From positions 2,021,646 to 2,053,645 of the forward strand of contig NC_012489.1 in NCBI RefSeq assembly GCF_000010305.1: a stretch of DNA of 32,000 bases, given 5' to 3'. The position numbers and the translations under genes were made by a program. Below are positions 9,252 through 18,394 of the stretch, in pieces (within the stretch, counting starts at the first letter, position 1; every line of letters begins with the position of its first letter). The notes under the pieces were generated by a model. The model saw nothing but the letters and a program-made list of their open reading frames with translations. It was not told the DNA's origin and searched no databases. This stretch comes from Gemmatimonas aurantiaca T-27. GTDB taxonomy: Bacteria > Gemmatimonadota > Gemmatimonadetes > Gemmatimonadales > Gemmatimonadaceae.

Positions 9252-10313
9252 TCACTGGTCCTGTGAGGAAGTCAGTGGAGTGAAACTGGGCTGCGTGAGC
9301 AGTGACGCGCTCTGCGCACGCAGCGTGTCGGCCACGGCAAAGGGCACCAGCGAACCATCTTCGAGACCATCGAGCTGTGCATCGATCCACTGCAACGTGG
9401 TCGCGTCATGCCAGAGTCTTTGGCGGATCTGCTGCTCGACGACTTCCATCACGCGTTCGCGCAAACGCAGGCGTCGTCGCAGGCGCAACTCGCCACTGGC
9501 TTCGAGATACTGTGCGTGGCGATCGAGGGCCGTGACGATGTCATCGATCCCCTGATTCTGCGCCGCGATGGTACTGAGCACTGGCGGCGTCCATGTGTCG
9601 CTGTCGCTCGCCAGAGCAGACGCCTTCACGGGACGCGCATGACCAGCCCGCAAGCCGAGCATGAGCTCGATGTCGTGACGTAGGCGATCGGCGCCCGGGC
9701 GGTCGGCCTTGTTCACCGTGAACACGTCGGCAATCTCCATCACACCCGCCTTGAGGGTCTGAATGGAATCACCGGACTCCGGCACCAGCACGACGAGCGT
9801 GGAATCGGCCGCACGCGCGACATCGAGTTCGCTCTGCCCCACCCCGACGGTTTCGAGCAGGATGACATCCATGCCAAATCCGTCGAACACATCGCACACT
9901 TCGCGCGTGGCCGTGGCCAGGCCACCCAGCGAACCGCGTGTCGCCATGGAGCGAATGAACACACCTTCGTCGAGCGCCACCTCTTCCATGCGGATGCGGT
10001 CACCGAGCAGCGCGCCACCGGTGAAGGGTGACGTGGGATCGACCGCTACGATGCCCACGCGCAGTCCGCGCTCGCGGTAGGCGCGGGTGAGCCGCGTGGT
10101 GATGGTGCTCTTCCCGGCGCCCGGTGGTCCGGTGATGCCAATGCGACGGGCACGCCCGACCAGCGCGTGCTGTGCGGCCAGGATCTGCTCGAATCCCGGC
10201 CGGTGATTCTCGACGATGCTGACGGCTCGCGCGAGGGCGGCCGGCTTGCCTGCGCGAAACTGCTCCAGCAAACGTGCGAGGGCCGACTCAGTCGGCGCTG
10301 TCGTCATGTTCAT
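9252..10313 (-). CDS. meaB: Methylmalonyl-CoA mutase-associated G-protein chaperone MeaB (ArgK family)
   Basis: RIGITGPPGAGKSTITTRLTRAYRERGLRVGIVAVDPTSPFTGGALLGDRIRM...DEGVFIRSMATRGSLGGLA...ILLETVGVGQSELDVA...VNKADR. Confidence 0.94.
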   Translation of the reverse strand: MNMTTAPTESALARLLEQFRAGKPAALARAVSIVENHRPGFEQILAAQHALVGRARRIGITGPPGAGKSTITTRLTRAYRERGLRVGIVAVDPTSPFTGGALLGDRIRMEEVALDEGVFIRSMATRGSLGGLATATREVCDVFDGFGMDVILLETVGVGQSELDVARAADSTLVVLVPESGDSIQTLKAGVMEIADVFTVNKADRPGADRLRHDIELMLGLRAGHARPVKASALASDSDTWTPPVLSTIAAQNQGIDDIVTALDRHAQYLEASGELRLRRRLRLRERVMEVVEQQIRQRLWHDATTLQWIDAQLDGLEDGSLVPFAVADTLRAQSASLLTQPSFTPLTSSQDQ

Positions 10314-11253
10314 CCCGAATGTCTCCCACCAGCTCCTCGAGCAAGTCCTCGAGGGTGACCATGCCAATGGTGCGCGCACCCTCGGCATTGCCCTCCTGCA
10401 CCACGGCGAGCTGACGACGGGCCCGCAGCAGTTCGAAAAGCAGTTCGTTGGCCGGGCGATCCGCGACAGTGCGGGTCACCGGCAGCATCGGCGGCAACGA
10501 CTCACCGCGACGCTTGAAGATATCCATCACGTGCACCATGCCGATGATCTGATCCGGCTGCTCGCGATACACCGGCACACGGCTGTACCCGGATTGTGAA
10601 ACCCGACGGGCCAGTTCATCGGCCGGCAGACCGTCCGGAATGGCGAAGAGCTCCGTCAATGGGCGCATCACATCACGCACTGTCTTGTCGCCGAACTGCA
10701 TCACACCGGAAATGATGGCCATCTCCTCGGTGGTGCTCATGTCGTCGAAGGCCCCTTCGCGCAACAACTCTTCCAGTCCGTCGCGGGTCTCGTCGCCATC
10801 CGCCGCGTCGCGTGCCGGAGAAACCAACCGGCGCACGGCATACGCGATCGCATGGAAAGGCGCGAGGGCGAGATCGACCACACGCAGCACGGGCACCATC
10901 ACGGGCACGAGGGTGGGCGCCCACCTTCTGCCGGCGGCACGTGGCAGCAACTGACCGAAGACCAGCAGCAGCACGAGGAACAGCGTCACGTCCGCCACGA
11001 ACTTCCACGCGCGCAAGCCGTCGGCCATCGCAATCAGGGCGCCGGTGGTGAACACCACCAGCATGCCAGCGGTGCCCGCCGCGTGCACCAGACGAGTGGG
11101 GCGTTCGAGATAACGCGCCATGGCACCGGCGCCACCCGCACGATGTTCGATCCAGTGCCGGAGCCACAACCGGCTGACCGTACGTACGGCGGTCGCGCCA
11201 ACCGTGAGCACGGCCATCACGCCGACCGCCAGAAAGATGAGCGCCACGATCAT
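10288..11253 (-). CDS. CNNM/HlyC-CorC family membrane protein with CBS pair (shorter paralog)
   Basis: 321 aa; EEMAIISGVMQFGDKTVRDVMRPLTELFAIPDGLPADELARRVSQSGYSRVPVYREQPDQIIGMVHVMDIF...TIGMVTLEDLLEELVGDIRDE. Confidence 0.87.
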   Translation of the reverse strand: MIVALIFLAVGVMAVLTVGATAVRTVSRLWLRHWIEHRAGGAGAMARYLERPTRLVHAAGTAGMLVVFTTGALIAMADGLRAWKFVADVTLFLVLLLVFGQLLPRAAGRRWAPTLVPVMVPVLRVVDLALAPFHAIAYAVRRLVSPARDAADGDETRDGLEELLREGAFDDMSTTEEMAIISGVMQFGDKTVRDVMRPLTELFAIPDGLPADELARRVSQSGYSRVPVYREQPDQIIGMVHVMDIFKRRGESLPPMLPVTRTVADRPANELLFELLRARRQLAVVQEGNAEGARTIGMVTLEDLLEELVGDIRDEHDDSAD

Positions 11254-12551
11254 CAGTGCGCCTCCGATGCGGACAGCGCATCGTCGGTGGTGTCCGGCAC
11301 ACGTTCGAGAAAGACGCGCTCGATCTTGCGGCGCACCACCCGCTCGACGATCGCCCGGAACGGCCCAATCGTCAGCGATTCTCCCGCTTTGGGCACACGG
11401 CCCAGCAACTCCAGCACGAGACCACCAACGGTCGATACATCGTCGCGGGTGAAATCATGACTGAGCGCCTTGGACAGATCATCCAGCGTGAGTCGGCCGG
11501 ACACCCAATACCGCGTCCCTTCTTCACTTTCGACGAGGCGTTCTTCATCGTCGTACTCATCACCGATCTCGCCGACCAGTTCCTCGAGCACATCTTCGAT
11601 GGTCACCAGTCCGGCCGTGCCGCCGTATTCGTCGGCGACGATGGCGATGTGCCGTCGGGCCTGGCGAAACTCCCGCAGCAGGTCGGCGATGCGCTTCGAT
11701 GTCGGAATGAACACCGGTGATCGCATCACCGAAGTCCAGCCCTCTGCCGGCTCCTCATCGGCCAATACGGCTGGCAGCACATCCTTGACGTACAGAATGC
11801 CAACAATCTCGTCGATCGATCCTTCGTACACCGGGATACGCGAGTGCTCGGCGCTGCGAATCCGGTCGAGCATTTCGGACCACGGCGTTTCGCGTTCCAC
11901 CCCCGTGATATCCACGCGCGGGACCATAACTTCTTCGGCCGTGGTCTCACCGAAATCGAACACGCCGAGCAACAGCTCACGCTCATCGCGGGATACATCG
12001 GCTTCGGTCGTCACCACATCGCGGAATTGTGCGGCCGCTTCTTCGCGCCGTTCGTGCGTGGCATCCACTTCAGGCACGATCTCGGCAAACAGTCCATCCA
12101 GCCAATCACCCAGCAGCATGACCGGTCGCAGCACCGCTTCGATGATCCGGCCGACACTGACGAGACGCATCGATCCGCTGGCGCCGAGCCCGTCGCCCAC
12201 CACGCGCGCAATACTCTCCGCCAGCAATACGGTGGTCAGTCCGAGCAGTACGACAGACAGCGCCGTGCCCAGCGTCGGCTGTTCGATCAGATCGAGTGCC
12301 ACGGCGATGCCGCTGCCGGCCGCGAGGTGGCCGATGACCCGGGCAAAGGCGAGGGCACGGTGTGTGCGCTCGCGCATGGCGACACTGCGGGCGCCGTTCG
12401 GTGCGGTGGACGACGGCGCGTCCGTCCCATCAGGACGGTCACTCAGGTGCGCTGGGAGCGGCAGGTCAGAGAGCAAGGCTCCGTCTGCAATTGCGGCGAG
12501 TGCTGCCAGCGCAGCGCCCGCTCCTGCCAATCCCCACGCCACGATACTCAT
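11253..12551 (-). CDS. CNNM/HlyC-CorC family membrane protein with CBS pair and C-terminal CorC domain (longer paralog)
   Basis: LLLGVFDFGETTAEEVMVPRVDITGVE...SRIPVYEGSIDEIVGILYVKDVLP...HIAIVADEYGGTAGLVTIEDVLEELVGEIGDEYDDEE. Start chosen as the ATG (12551) overlapping the ybeY stop (ATGA). Confidence 0.9.
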   Translation of the reverse strand: MSIVAWGLAGAGAALAALAAIADGALLSDLPLPAHLSDRPDGTDAPSSTAPNGARSVAMRERTHRALAFARVIGHLAAGSGIAVALDLIEQPTLGTALSVVLLGLTTVLLAESIARVVGDGLGASGSMRLVSVGRIIEAVLRPVMLLGDWLDGLFAEIVPEVDATHERREEAAAQFRDVVTTEADVSRDERELLLGVFDFGETTAEEVMVPRVDITGVERETPWSEMLDRIRSAEHSRIPVYEGSIDEIVGILYVKDVLPAVLADEEPAEGWTSVMRSPVFIPTSKRIADLLREFRQARRHIAIVADEYGGTAGLVTIEDVLEELVGEIGDEYDDEERLVESEEGTRYWVSGRLTLDDLSKALSHDFTRDDVSTVGGLVLELLGRVPKAGESLTIGPFRAIVERVVRRKIERVFLERVPDTTDDALSASEAH

Positions 12552-13051
12552 ATACGCGGGGACGGAGGCATCCAGAAGCGCTCGATGAGCTGCTCCTGGC
12601 GTCGCCACATCGGCGACGTCGTACGTGAGTCGTCTTCCGGGTGCTCCCAGCCCGAGGCGTGCAACGTGCCGTGCACCACCAGGCGGGCCAGCTCTTCACG
12701 AATACCCACACCATGCTCGCGGGCCTGCCGTCGTGCGACATCGGGGCAGATGTAGATGTCGCCGATCACGGTGCCATCGGGTGCATTGCCCAAGGCAAAG
12801 GTGATGACATCCGTCGGCCCGGTGTGTCCGAGGTGCTGCCGATTGAGCGTGGCCATCGCGCGTGAGGTGACAAACGTGATGGACAACATCGCGCGCGCGA
12901 CCTTGCCGGCACGCAACACCTGACGCGACAGCTCGGCCAGACGTGCCGCAGCCACGGGGATGCGTACACCATCACATTCCACAGCGACGGCACGCGGATC
13001 CGTTTTGGGCACGGACGGGCGCACGGTACGCACGGTACGAGCTGGTGTCAT
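12548..13051 (-). CDS. ybeY: Endoribonuclease YbeY (rRNA maturation)
   Basis: RAMATLNRQHLGHTGPTDVITFALG...GDIYICPDVARRQAREHG...ELARLVVHGTLHASGWEHPED; HGxLHxxGxxH metal-binding motif. Confidence 0.92.
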   Translation of the reverse strand: MTPARTVRTVRPSVPKTDPRAVAVECDGVRIPVAAARLAELSRQVLRAGKVARAMLSITFVTSRAMATLNRQHLGHTGPTDVITFALGNAPDGTVIGDIYICPDVARRQAREHGVGIREELARLVVHGTLHASGWEHPEDDSRTTSPMWRRQEQLIERFWMPPSPRI

Positions 13052-14031
13052 CAGCCCCCCGCCGCGTCTTCGTTGTACGCGCGGATGATGTCGCGCACGA
13101 GACGATGACGGACGACGTCGGCTTCTGTGAAGTAGTGGAACGAGATGCCGTCGATGCCATGCAGGATGCGCTCGATCTGCATCAATCCGGAGTCTTCGCG
13201 ACGCGGCAGGTCGACCTGCGTCTTGTCACCCGTGATGACGATCTTCGAGTTCACGCCCAGACGCGTGAGGAACATCTTCATCTGCATGCCGGTGGCATTC
13301 TGCGCTTCGTCGAGAATGACAAACGAATCGCCGAGGGTGCGGCCACGCATGAAGGCGAGCGGCGCCACTTCGATGGTGCGCGCTTCGATGAGCTTCTGAA
13401 TGCGCTCGACCGGAATGAGGTCGTCGAGCGCGTCGTACAGGGGGCGCAGATACGGATCGACCTTGGCCTGCATGTCGCCCGGCAGAAAGCCCAGGTTCTC
13501 ACCGGCTTCCACGGCCGGACGCGCCAGCACGATGCGCCGTACACGCTTGCGCATGAGGGCATCCACCGCAGCGGCCACGGCCAGGTAGGTCTTGCCCGTG
13601 CCGGCGGGGCCGATGCCGATGACGATGTCATGTTCGGCGATCTTGGCGAGATACTCGGCCTGTCCGGGCGTCTTGGGCTGCACACCGCGCCGAGCGCCGG
13701 GTAATACCAAGGAGCCATTCGTGGCGCCCGGCGCATCAGCCGGGCGTTCGATGAGCGAGAGGCGCAGCACATCGTCGGCGCCCACCGACTTGCCTTCACG
13801 CACCATGGTGACCATGGCGGCCGCGACCCCTTCGGCACGAGCCACGGCCTCCGCGTCACCGGTCAGCGAGAGATGGTCACCGCGCAACGCGACCCGCACG
13901 CCAGTGGCGCGTCCCAGCTCGACGAGATTGCCATCGTTGACCCCGGCCAGGAGCTGCTGGTCCGCTCCCTCGACCGAGACCCGAGCGATGACGGCCGATT
14001 CGGCCGTCCGCTCGCCGCGTGGTTCCGTCAT
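13051..14031 (-). CDS. ybeZ: PhoH-like ATPase (YbeZ type)
   Basis: VQPKTPGQAEYLAKIAEHDIVIGIGPAGTGKTYLAVAAAVDALMRKRVRRIVLARPAVEAGENLGFLPGDMQAKVDPYLRPLYDAL...FVILDEAQNATGMQMKMFLTRLG. Confidence 0.95.
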   Translation of the reverse strand: MTEPRGERTAESAVIARVSVEGADQQLLAGVNDGNLVELGRATGVRVALRGDHLSLTGDAEAVARAEGVAAAMVTMVREGKSVGADDVLRLSLIERPADAPGATNGSLVLPGARRGVQPKTPGQAEYLAKIAEHDIVIGIGPAGTGKTYLAVAAAVDALMRKRVRRIVLARPAVEAGENLGFLPGDMQAKVDPYLRPLYDALDDLIPVERIQKLIEARTIEVAPLAFMRGRTLGDSFVILDEAQNATGMQMKMFLTRLGVNSKIVITGDKTQVDLPRREDSGLMQIERILHGIDGISFHYFTEADVVRHRLVRDIIRAYNEDAAGG

Positions 14032-15833
14032 GACACTCCTTCGCCGCGCACGGCGATATGCAGCTCTCGGAGATCGTCCGCCGGGACGGCCACCGGAGCG
14101 CCTTCGAACAGGGAACGTGCCGCCGTGGTCTTCGGGAAGGCAATCACGTCACGCAACGAGGTGGCTCCCGACAGCAGCATGGCGATGCGATCGAAGCCAA
14201 ACGCGATGCCACCGTGTGGTGGGGCGCCCGCGCGCAGGCCTTCGAGCAGGAAACCAAAACGACGTTCCTGCTCTTCCGTGCTGCCGATACCGAGCAGGCT
14301 GAACATGCGCGACTGCACGGCCGGGTCACTGGTGCGGATGCTGCCACCACCCAGTTCGGTACCGTTGAGCACCACATCGTACGCGAGCGCACGCCAGCGG
14401 GCCGGTTCGTCCGGGTAGGCCTGCATGTCTTCCGGGTGCGACGCCGTGAACGGATGGTGGACCGCTGCGAGTGCGCCGGTCACCGGATCCTTTTCGAACA
14501 TCGGGAAGTCCATCACGATCAGGAACCGCTGCGCTTTGTCATCGACGATCTCGAGGCGACGCGCACATTCCTGCCGCACACGATCGAGCGCCGGGCTGCT
14601 GACGTGATCGGCCGCCGCGACAAACAGTGCCAGATCACCATCGGTGAGCGCAAACGCGGCCTTGGCATCGTCGGTGAGGAACTTGGCGAGCGGGCCATCG
14701 TAGGCCCCGTCGGCCATACGCAGGCGCAGCAGACCACCTGCACCGGCGCCCTTGGCCAGCGCTTCGAGTTCGTCGACTTGCTTGCGGCTCCACGCCGCGC
14801 CACCGGGAATCACCACACCGCGTACACGCGCGCCAGCGGCCAATGCCGCGTTGGTCACGGCAAAATCGAGACCGGCGAACACACTGCTGTAGTCGCGCAG
14901 CACGAGGCCATAACGCAGGTCGGGGCGATCACAGCCGTACTGTTCCATCGCATCGGCATAGCTCATGCGCTCGAACTGCGCCGGGATGTCATGCCCGGCT
15001 TCTTTCCACAGCGCGCCAATCAGCCCCTGCGCCATCGTGAGGATGTCTTCACGCTCGATGAACGAGGCTTCGATATCGATCTGCGTGAATTCCGGCTGAC
15101 GGTCGGCACGCAGGTCTTCGTCGCGGAAGCAGCGCGCGATCTGGAAGTAGCGATCATAGCCGCAGCACATGAACAACTGCTTGTAGATCTGCGGTGACTG
15201 CGGCAACGCATAGAACTCGCCCGGATGCACCCGGCTGGGCACGAGGTAGTCGCGTGCACCTTCGGGCGTGGGCTTGGTGAGGATCGGCGTCTCGAGTTCG
15301 AGATACCCCCGATCGCTCAGGAAGCGGCGCGTCACCTGCATCAGGCGATGGCGCAGCACGAGATTGTCCTGCAGCTCGGGACGGCGCAGATCGAGATAGC
15401 GATGACGCAGGCGCAGTTCTTCCGCCGGCATCTTGTCACCGCGACCACGGGCCACCGGGAGAGCGGGCGTGACGGCGGGGCCGACGACACGAATGGACGT
15501 GACACGCACTTCCACTTCACCGGTGCCCATGTCGGGATTCACCCGATCGGCCTCACGCGCGACGACTTCCCCCTCGCACAGCACGACCGACTCCACACCG
15601 ATGGCCGCCGCCGCATGCTGCACCTCGGCAGCGGTCCATGCGGGGCCGAAGGCGAGTTGCACCAGACCGGTGCGGTCGCGCAGGTCGATGAATACCAGCC
15701 CGCCGAGATCGCGGCTGCGATGAACCCACCCGCCGAGCCTCACGGTGCGTCCCACGTCTGCCCGACGGAGCAGGCCACAGGTGTCGGTGCGCAGTGACGT
15801 GGCCAACACGGACGGTTCGGACGAAAGCGACAT
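14028..15833 (-). CDS. aspS: Aspartate--tRNA ligase
   Basis: 601 aa; GGWVHRSRDLGGLVFIDLRDRTGLVQLAF, PSRVHPGEFYALPQSPQIYKQLFMCCGYDRYFQIARCFRDEDLRADRQPEFTQIDIE, GIAFGFDRIAMLL. Confidence 0.97.
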   Translation of the reverse strand: MSLSSEPSVLATSLRTDTCGLLRRADVGRTVRLGGWVHRSRDLGGLVFIDLRDRTGLVQLAFGPAWTAAEVQHAAAAIGVESVVLCEGEVVAREADRVNPDMGTGEVEVRVTSIRVVGPAVTPALPVARGRGDKMPAEELRLRHRYLDLRRPELQDNLVLRHRLMQVTRRFLSDRGYLELETPILTKPTPEGARDYLVPSRVHPGEFYALPQSPQIYKQLFMCCGYDRYFQIARCFRDEDLRADRQPEFTQIDIEASFIEREDILTMAQGLIGALWKEAGHDIPAQFERMSYADAMEQYGCDRPDLRYGLVLRDYSSVFAGLDFAVTNAALAAGARVRGVVIPGGAAWSRKQVDELEALAKGAGAGGLLRLRMADGAYDGPLAKFLTDDAKAAFALTDGDLALFVAAADHVSSPALDRVRQECARRLEIVDDKAQRFLIVMDFPMFEKDPVTGALAAVHHPFTASHPEDMQAYPDEPARWRALAYDVVLNGTELGGGSIRTSDPAVQSRMFSLLGIGSTEEQERRFGFLLEGLRAGAPPHGGIAFGFDRIAMLLSGATSLRDVIAFPKTTAARSLFEGAPVAVPADDLRELHIAVRGEGVS

Positions 15834-15936
15834 CAGGGGTGAGACTCCAAAGGGGGCGGACCGAAGAAACGATGCAAACGTCGAAAGCTAAATGTGTTAC
15901 GAGACTGGGGGTAGCATTTTGATCACAGTGGTTCGC

Positions 15937-15966
15937 TTGACCCGTCCTCCAGGCGCCGTTTAGTCT
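15937..15966 (+). promoter_or_regulatory. Candidate sigma70-type promoter immediately upstream of the 15972 gene
   Basis: TTGACC (15937-15942), 18-nt spacer, TAGTCT (15961-15966), 5 nt to ATG at 15972. Confidence 0.35.
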
Positions 15967-15971
15967 CCCGT

Positions 15972-16868
15972 ATGCACCGCATCCTGATCTACGGGCTTGC
16001 CGCGTTCGGTTGGGCCAGTGGGCTCGGAGCGCAGGCGGTGCCTGCACGTGATTTGTGGGAGTTCCCGCTCGGCGCCATGTACGAGCCGCCTGCCCTGGCG
16101 TCCGAACCGGGGGCGGGACTGTGGAATCCGGCCACCATTGCACTGCGTTCCGGGGAGCGGTTTCGCTTCGGCGTGGCGTCGCTGGCCGCGGGTTCCGCCC
16201 AGGGGGTCGACGGGCAGCTCCTCAGCGCCGCCATGCGCCGGAGCTCCGGCACGACGTTCGGGCTGAGTGTCGCCCGTGCCGGCATCAGTGGTCTCGTGCG
16301 TACCGACACCGATCCGCTGGCGGTGGGCAACATCCCCTATGCCACCTGGCTGGTGAGCGTCAGCGGCGCACGGGAGTTGGTGCCCCACCTGACCGTCGGG
16401 GCGGCCGTCCGGTGGCGCCACGGGCGCGCCGATCAGGTCACCGGGGACGCACTGGCGGCCGATTTTGGTGCGGTGCTGCACGATCTGCCCTGGCGGAATG
16501 CCCGCGTGGCGCTGTCCAGCTTCCTGTGGCGTCCCGGCCGCGAGATCGAGGATCGGCCCGCCCTGCTGACGGCGGCCGATTTCCGGCTCGCGGGTACCAT
16601 GGTGGAGCGTGAGGTGCGGGCGGGCGTGGCATATGCCAACGTCAATCGAGGGGCGCAGGAAGTGGGTCCCTTTGTGTCCGCACGTCGCGATCGGGTGGAA
16701 GCCCGTGTCGCGCACCTGCGCACGGAGGTCGCCGGTCAGTCGGTCGATCGTCTGCGTTTTGGCCTGGCGCTCTATTACGCGAGATTCTCCGTCGGCGTCG
16801 CACGCGAAGAAGGTGTCTCCGGCCTCGGGGCCGTTTATCAGTTCACGCTCAGCTCCATCATCAAGTGA
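15972..16868 (+). CDS. Predicted outer-membrane/secreted protein (PorV/UPF0164-like beta-barrel character), function unknown
   Basis: 298 aa; signal peptide MHRILIYGLAAFGWASGLGAQA, then EFPLGAMYEPPALASEPGAGLWNPATIAL and alternating beta-strand-like repeats ending in an aromatic-rich C-terminus (GLGAVYQFTLSSIIK). Confidence 0.6.
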   Translation: MHRILIYGLAAFGWASGLGAQAVPARDLWEFPLGAMYEPPALASEPGAGLWNPATIALRSGERFRFGVASLAAGSAQGVDGQLLSAAMRRSSGTTFGLSVARAGISGLVRTDTDPLAVGNIPYATWLVSVSGARELVPHLTVGAAVRWRHGRADQVTGDALAADFGAVLHDLPWRNARVALSSFLWRPGREIEDRPALLTAADFRLAGTMVEREVRAGVAYANVNRGAQEVGPFVSARRDRVEARVAHLRTEVAGQSVDRLRFGLALYYARFSVGVAREEGVSGLGAVYQFTLSSIIK

Positions 16869-17947
16869 CCGTACTCCCTGACCTGCTCGACTTCGACCCC
16901 GACGCGGCCCTGGCGCTGCTCGGTGAGTGGATGGCCGCGCGCGGAGAGCCCGCCTATCGGGCCGCCCAGGTGTTCGGTCGCCTTTGGCAGCGTCCGGTGC
17001 GCTCGTTCGATGAGATGACCGAGTTGCCCAAGGCGCTGCGCGAGGGGCTGGCGGGTTCGTTCCGCATCACCGCCCTCGAGCTGACCACGCGGCAGAAGTC
17101 GATGGATGGGACGGAGAAGTTTCTGTTCCGCATGCACGACGGGCAGTTGATCGAAACGGTGGCCATTCCCGACGGTGATCGCCTGACCTTCTGCATTTCG
17201 TCGCAGGCCGGCTGTGCCCTGCAGTGCGCGTTCTGTGCCACCGGGGCGATGGGGTTCCAGCGCAACTTGCATCCCTCGGAGATTGCCGGTCAGGTGCGTG
17301 AACTGCGCATGCTCACGCCGTCCATCGTGCCCACCAACATCGTGTTCATGGGCATGGGGGAGCCGCTCATGAACTGGAAGGCGGTGAGTCCCACGCTGTC
17401 GCTGCTGAATGATCCGCGTGCCCTGGGCATTGGCGCGCGGCACATCACGATTTCCACGGTGGGTGTACTGCCCGGTATCGTGGCACTCGCGGCCCGTCCG
17501 GAACAGTTCCGGCTCGCGATCTCCATTCATGCCCCGTCGGATGCGCTGCGGCGCACCCTGATGCCGGTCAACACGAAGTATCCGCTGGCCGACGTCATCG
17601 CGGCGGCACGGGAGTTCGACCGTCGGGTGACGTTCGAATACGTCATGCTGGGCGGCGTGAACGATCAACCGGAACACGCGGCGCAGTTGGCACAGTTGGC
17701 CCGCGATTGCCGTGCCTTCGTGAATCTCATTCCGCTGCATCCGGGTGGCTCGATGGGTTTCTCCCCATCCACCACACCAACCATCAACGCCTTCGCCAAG
17801 GCGATTCGCGCGCGTGGGGTGGAAACGGCGGTGCGCCGCAGCCGCGGGCTCGATATCGCCGCGGCCTGTGGTCAGCTACGGACGGAGCGGCTCGGTCGGC
17901 GGCTGCCAGTCGCGGCCCAGGACCACGGTGAGGTCCACGTAGCGTGA
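16865..17947 (+). CDS. rlmN: 23S rRNA (adenine2503-C2)/tRNA dual-specificity methyltransferase RlmN
   Basis: 360 aa; SSQAGCALQCAFCATGAMGFQRNLHPSEIAGQVR radical-SAM motif, NIVFMGMGEPLMNWKAV, FEYVMLGGVND, AACGQLR near C-terminus. GTG start overlaps upstream stop (GTGA). Confidence 0.95.
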   Translation: MTVLPDLLDFDPDAALALLGEWMAARGEPAYRAAQVFGRLWQRPVRSFDEMTELPKALREGLAGSFRITALELTTRQKSMDGTEKFLFRMHDGQLIETVAIPDGDRLTFCISSQAGCALQCAFCATGAMGFQRNLHPSEIAGQVRELRMLTPSIVPTNIVFMGMGEPLMNWKAVSPTLSLLNDPRALGIGARHITISTVGVLPGIVALAARPEQFRLAISIHAPSDALRRTLMPVNTKYPLADVIAAAREFDRRVTFEYVMLGGVNDQPEHAAQLAQLARDCRAFVNLIPLHPGGSMGFSPSTTPTINAFAKAIRARGVETAVRRSRGLDIAAACGQLRTERLGRRLPVAAQDHGEVHVA

Positions 17948-18385
17948 CGTGTCGGTGCTGGGCGTGATCTCTCCCACGCCCAGCGCCCGCTGCAGACGCT
18001 CGGCCCATGGGGCGTGACCCGTGTGCACGAGGATTTGCGTGACCGGACGCTTGGCGTCGCGCTCGGAGTCGTAGTCCACCACGTCGTAGCCAAAATCGCG
18101 CAGCACCAGCGTGGCCCGTCGTGCGAGCCCCCGTACCCCCGACGCATTCACCACGCGCACCATCACGCGCGTGTCAGCGGGCGGCCTCGCCGTGCTGTCC
18201 TGGACGGACACTGTTGACGACGGTGCTGCTGGTGCGGCATCTGCCGCCGGCTGCGCAAACTGCCACCAGGCGAACGCGGAGCCCGCTGCCACGACCACCA
18301 GCACAACGACGGCCAACAGCCATCCACGTCGCCCGCCACCGCGTGATTCGGGAGGTTCAGGCCAGGTTGGAAACCCGTGCGTCAT
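17876..18385 (-). CDS. LytR_C (LytR C-terminal) domain membrane-anchored protein
   Basis: 169 aa; TM segment WLLAVVVLVVVAAGSAFAWW, then VMVRVVNASGVRGLARRATLVLRDFGYDVVDYDS...SRYVDLTVVLGRDW. Confidence 0.78.
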   Translation of the reverse strand: MTHGFPTWPEPPESRGGGRRGWLLAVVVLVVVAAGSAFAWWQFAQPAADAAPAAPSSTVSVQDSTARPPADTRVMVRVVNASGVRGLARRATLVLRDFGYDVVDYDSERDAKRPVTQILVHTGHAPWAERLQRALGVGEITPSTDTSRYVDLTVVLGRDWQPPTEPLRP

Positions 18386-18394
18386 TGCCGGCGG

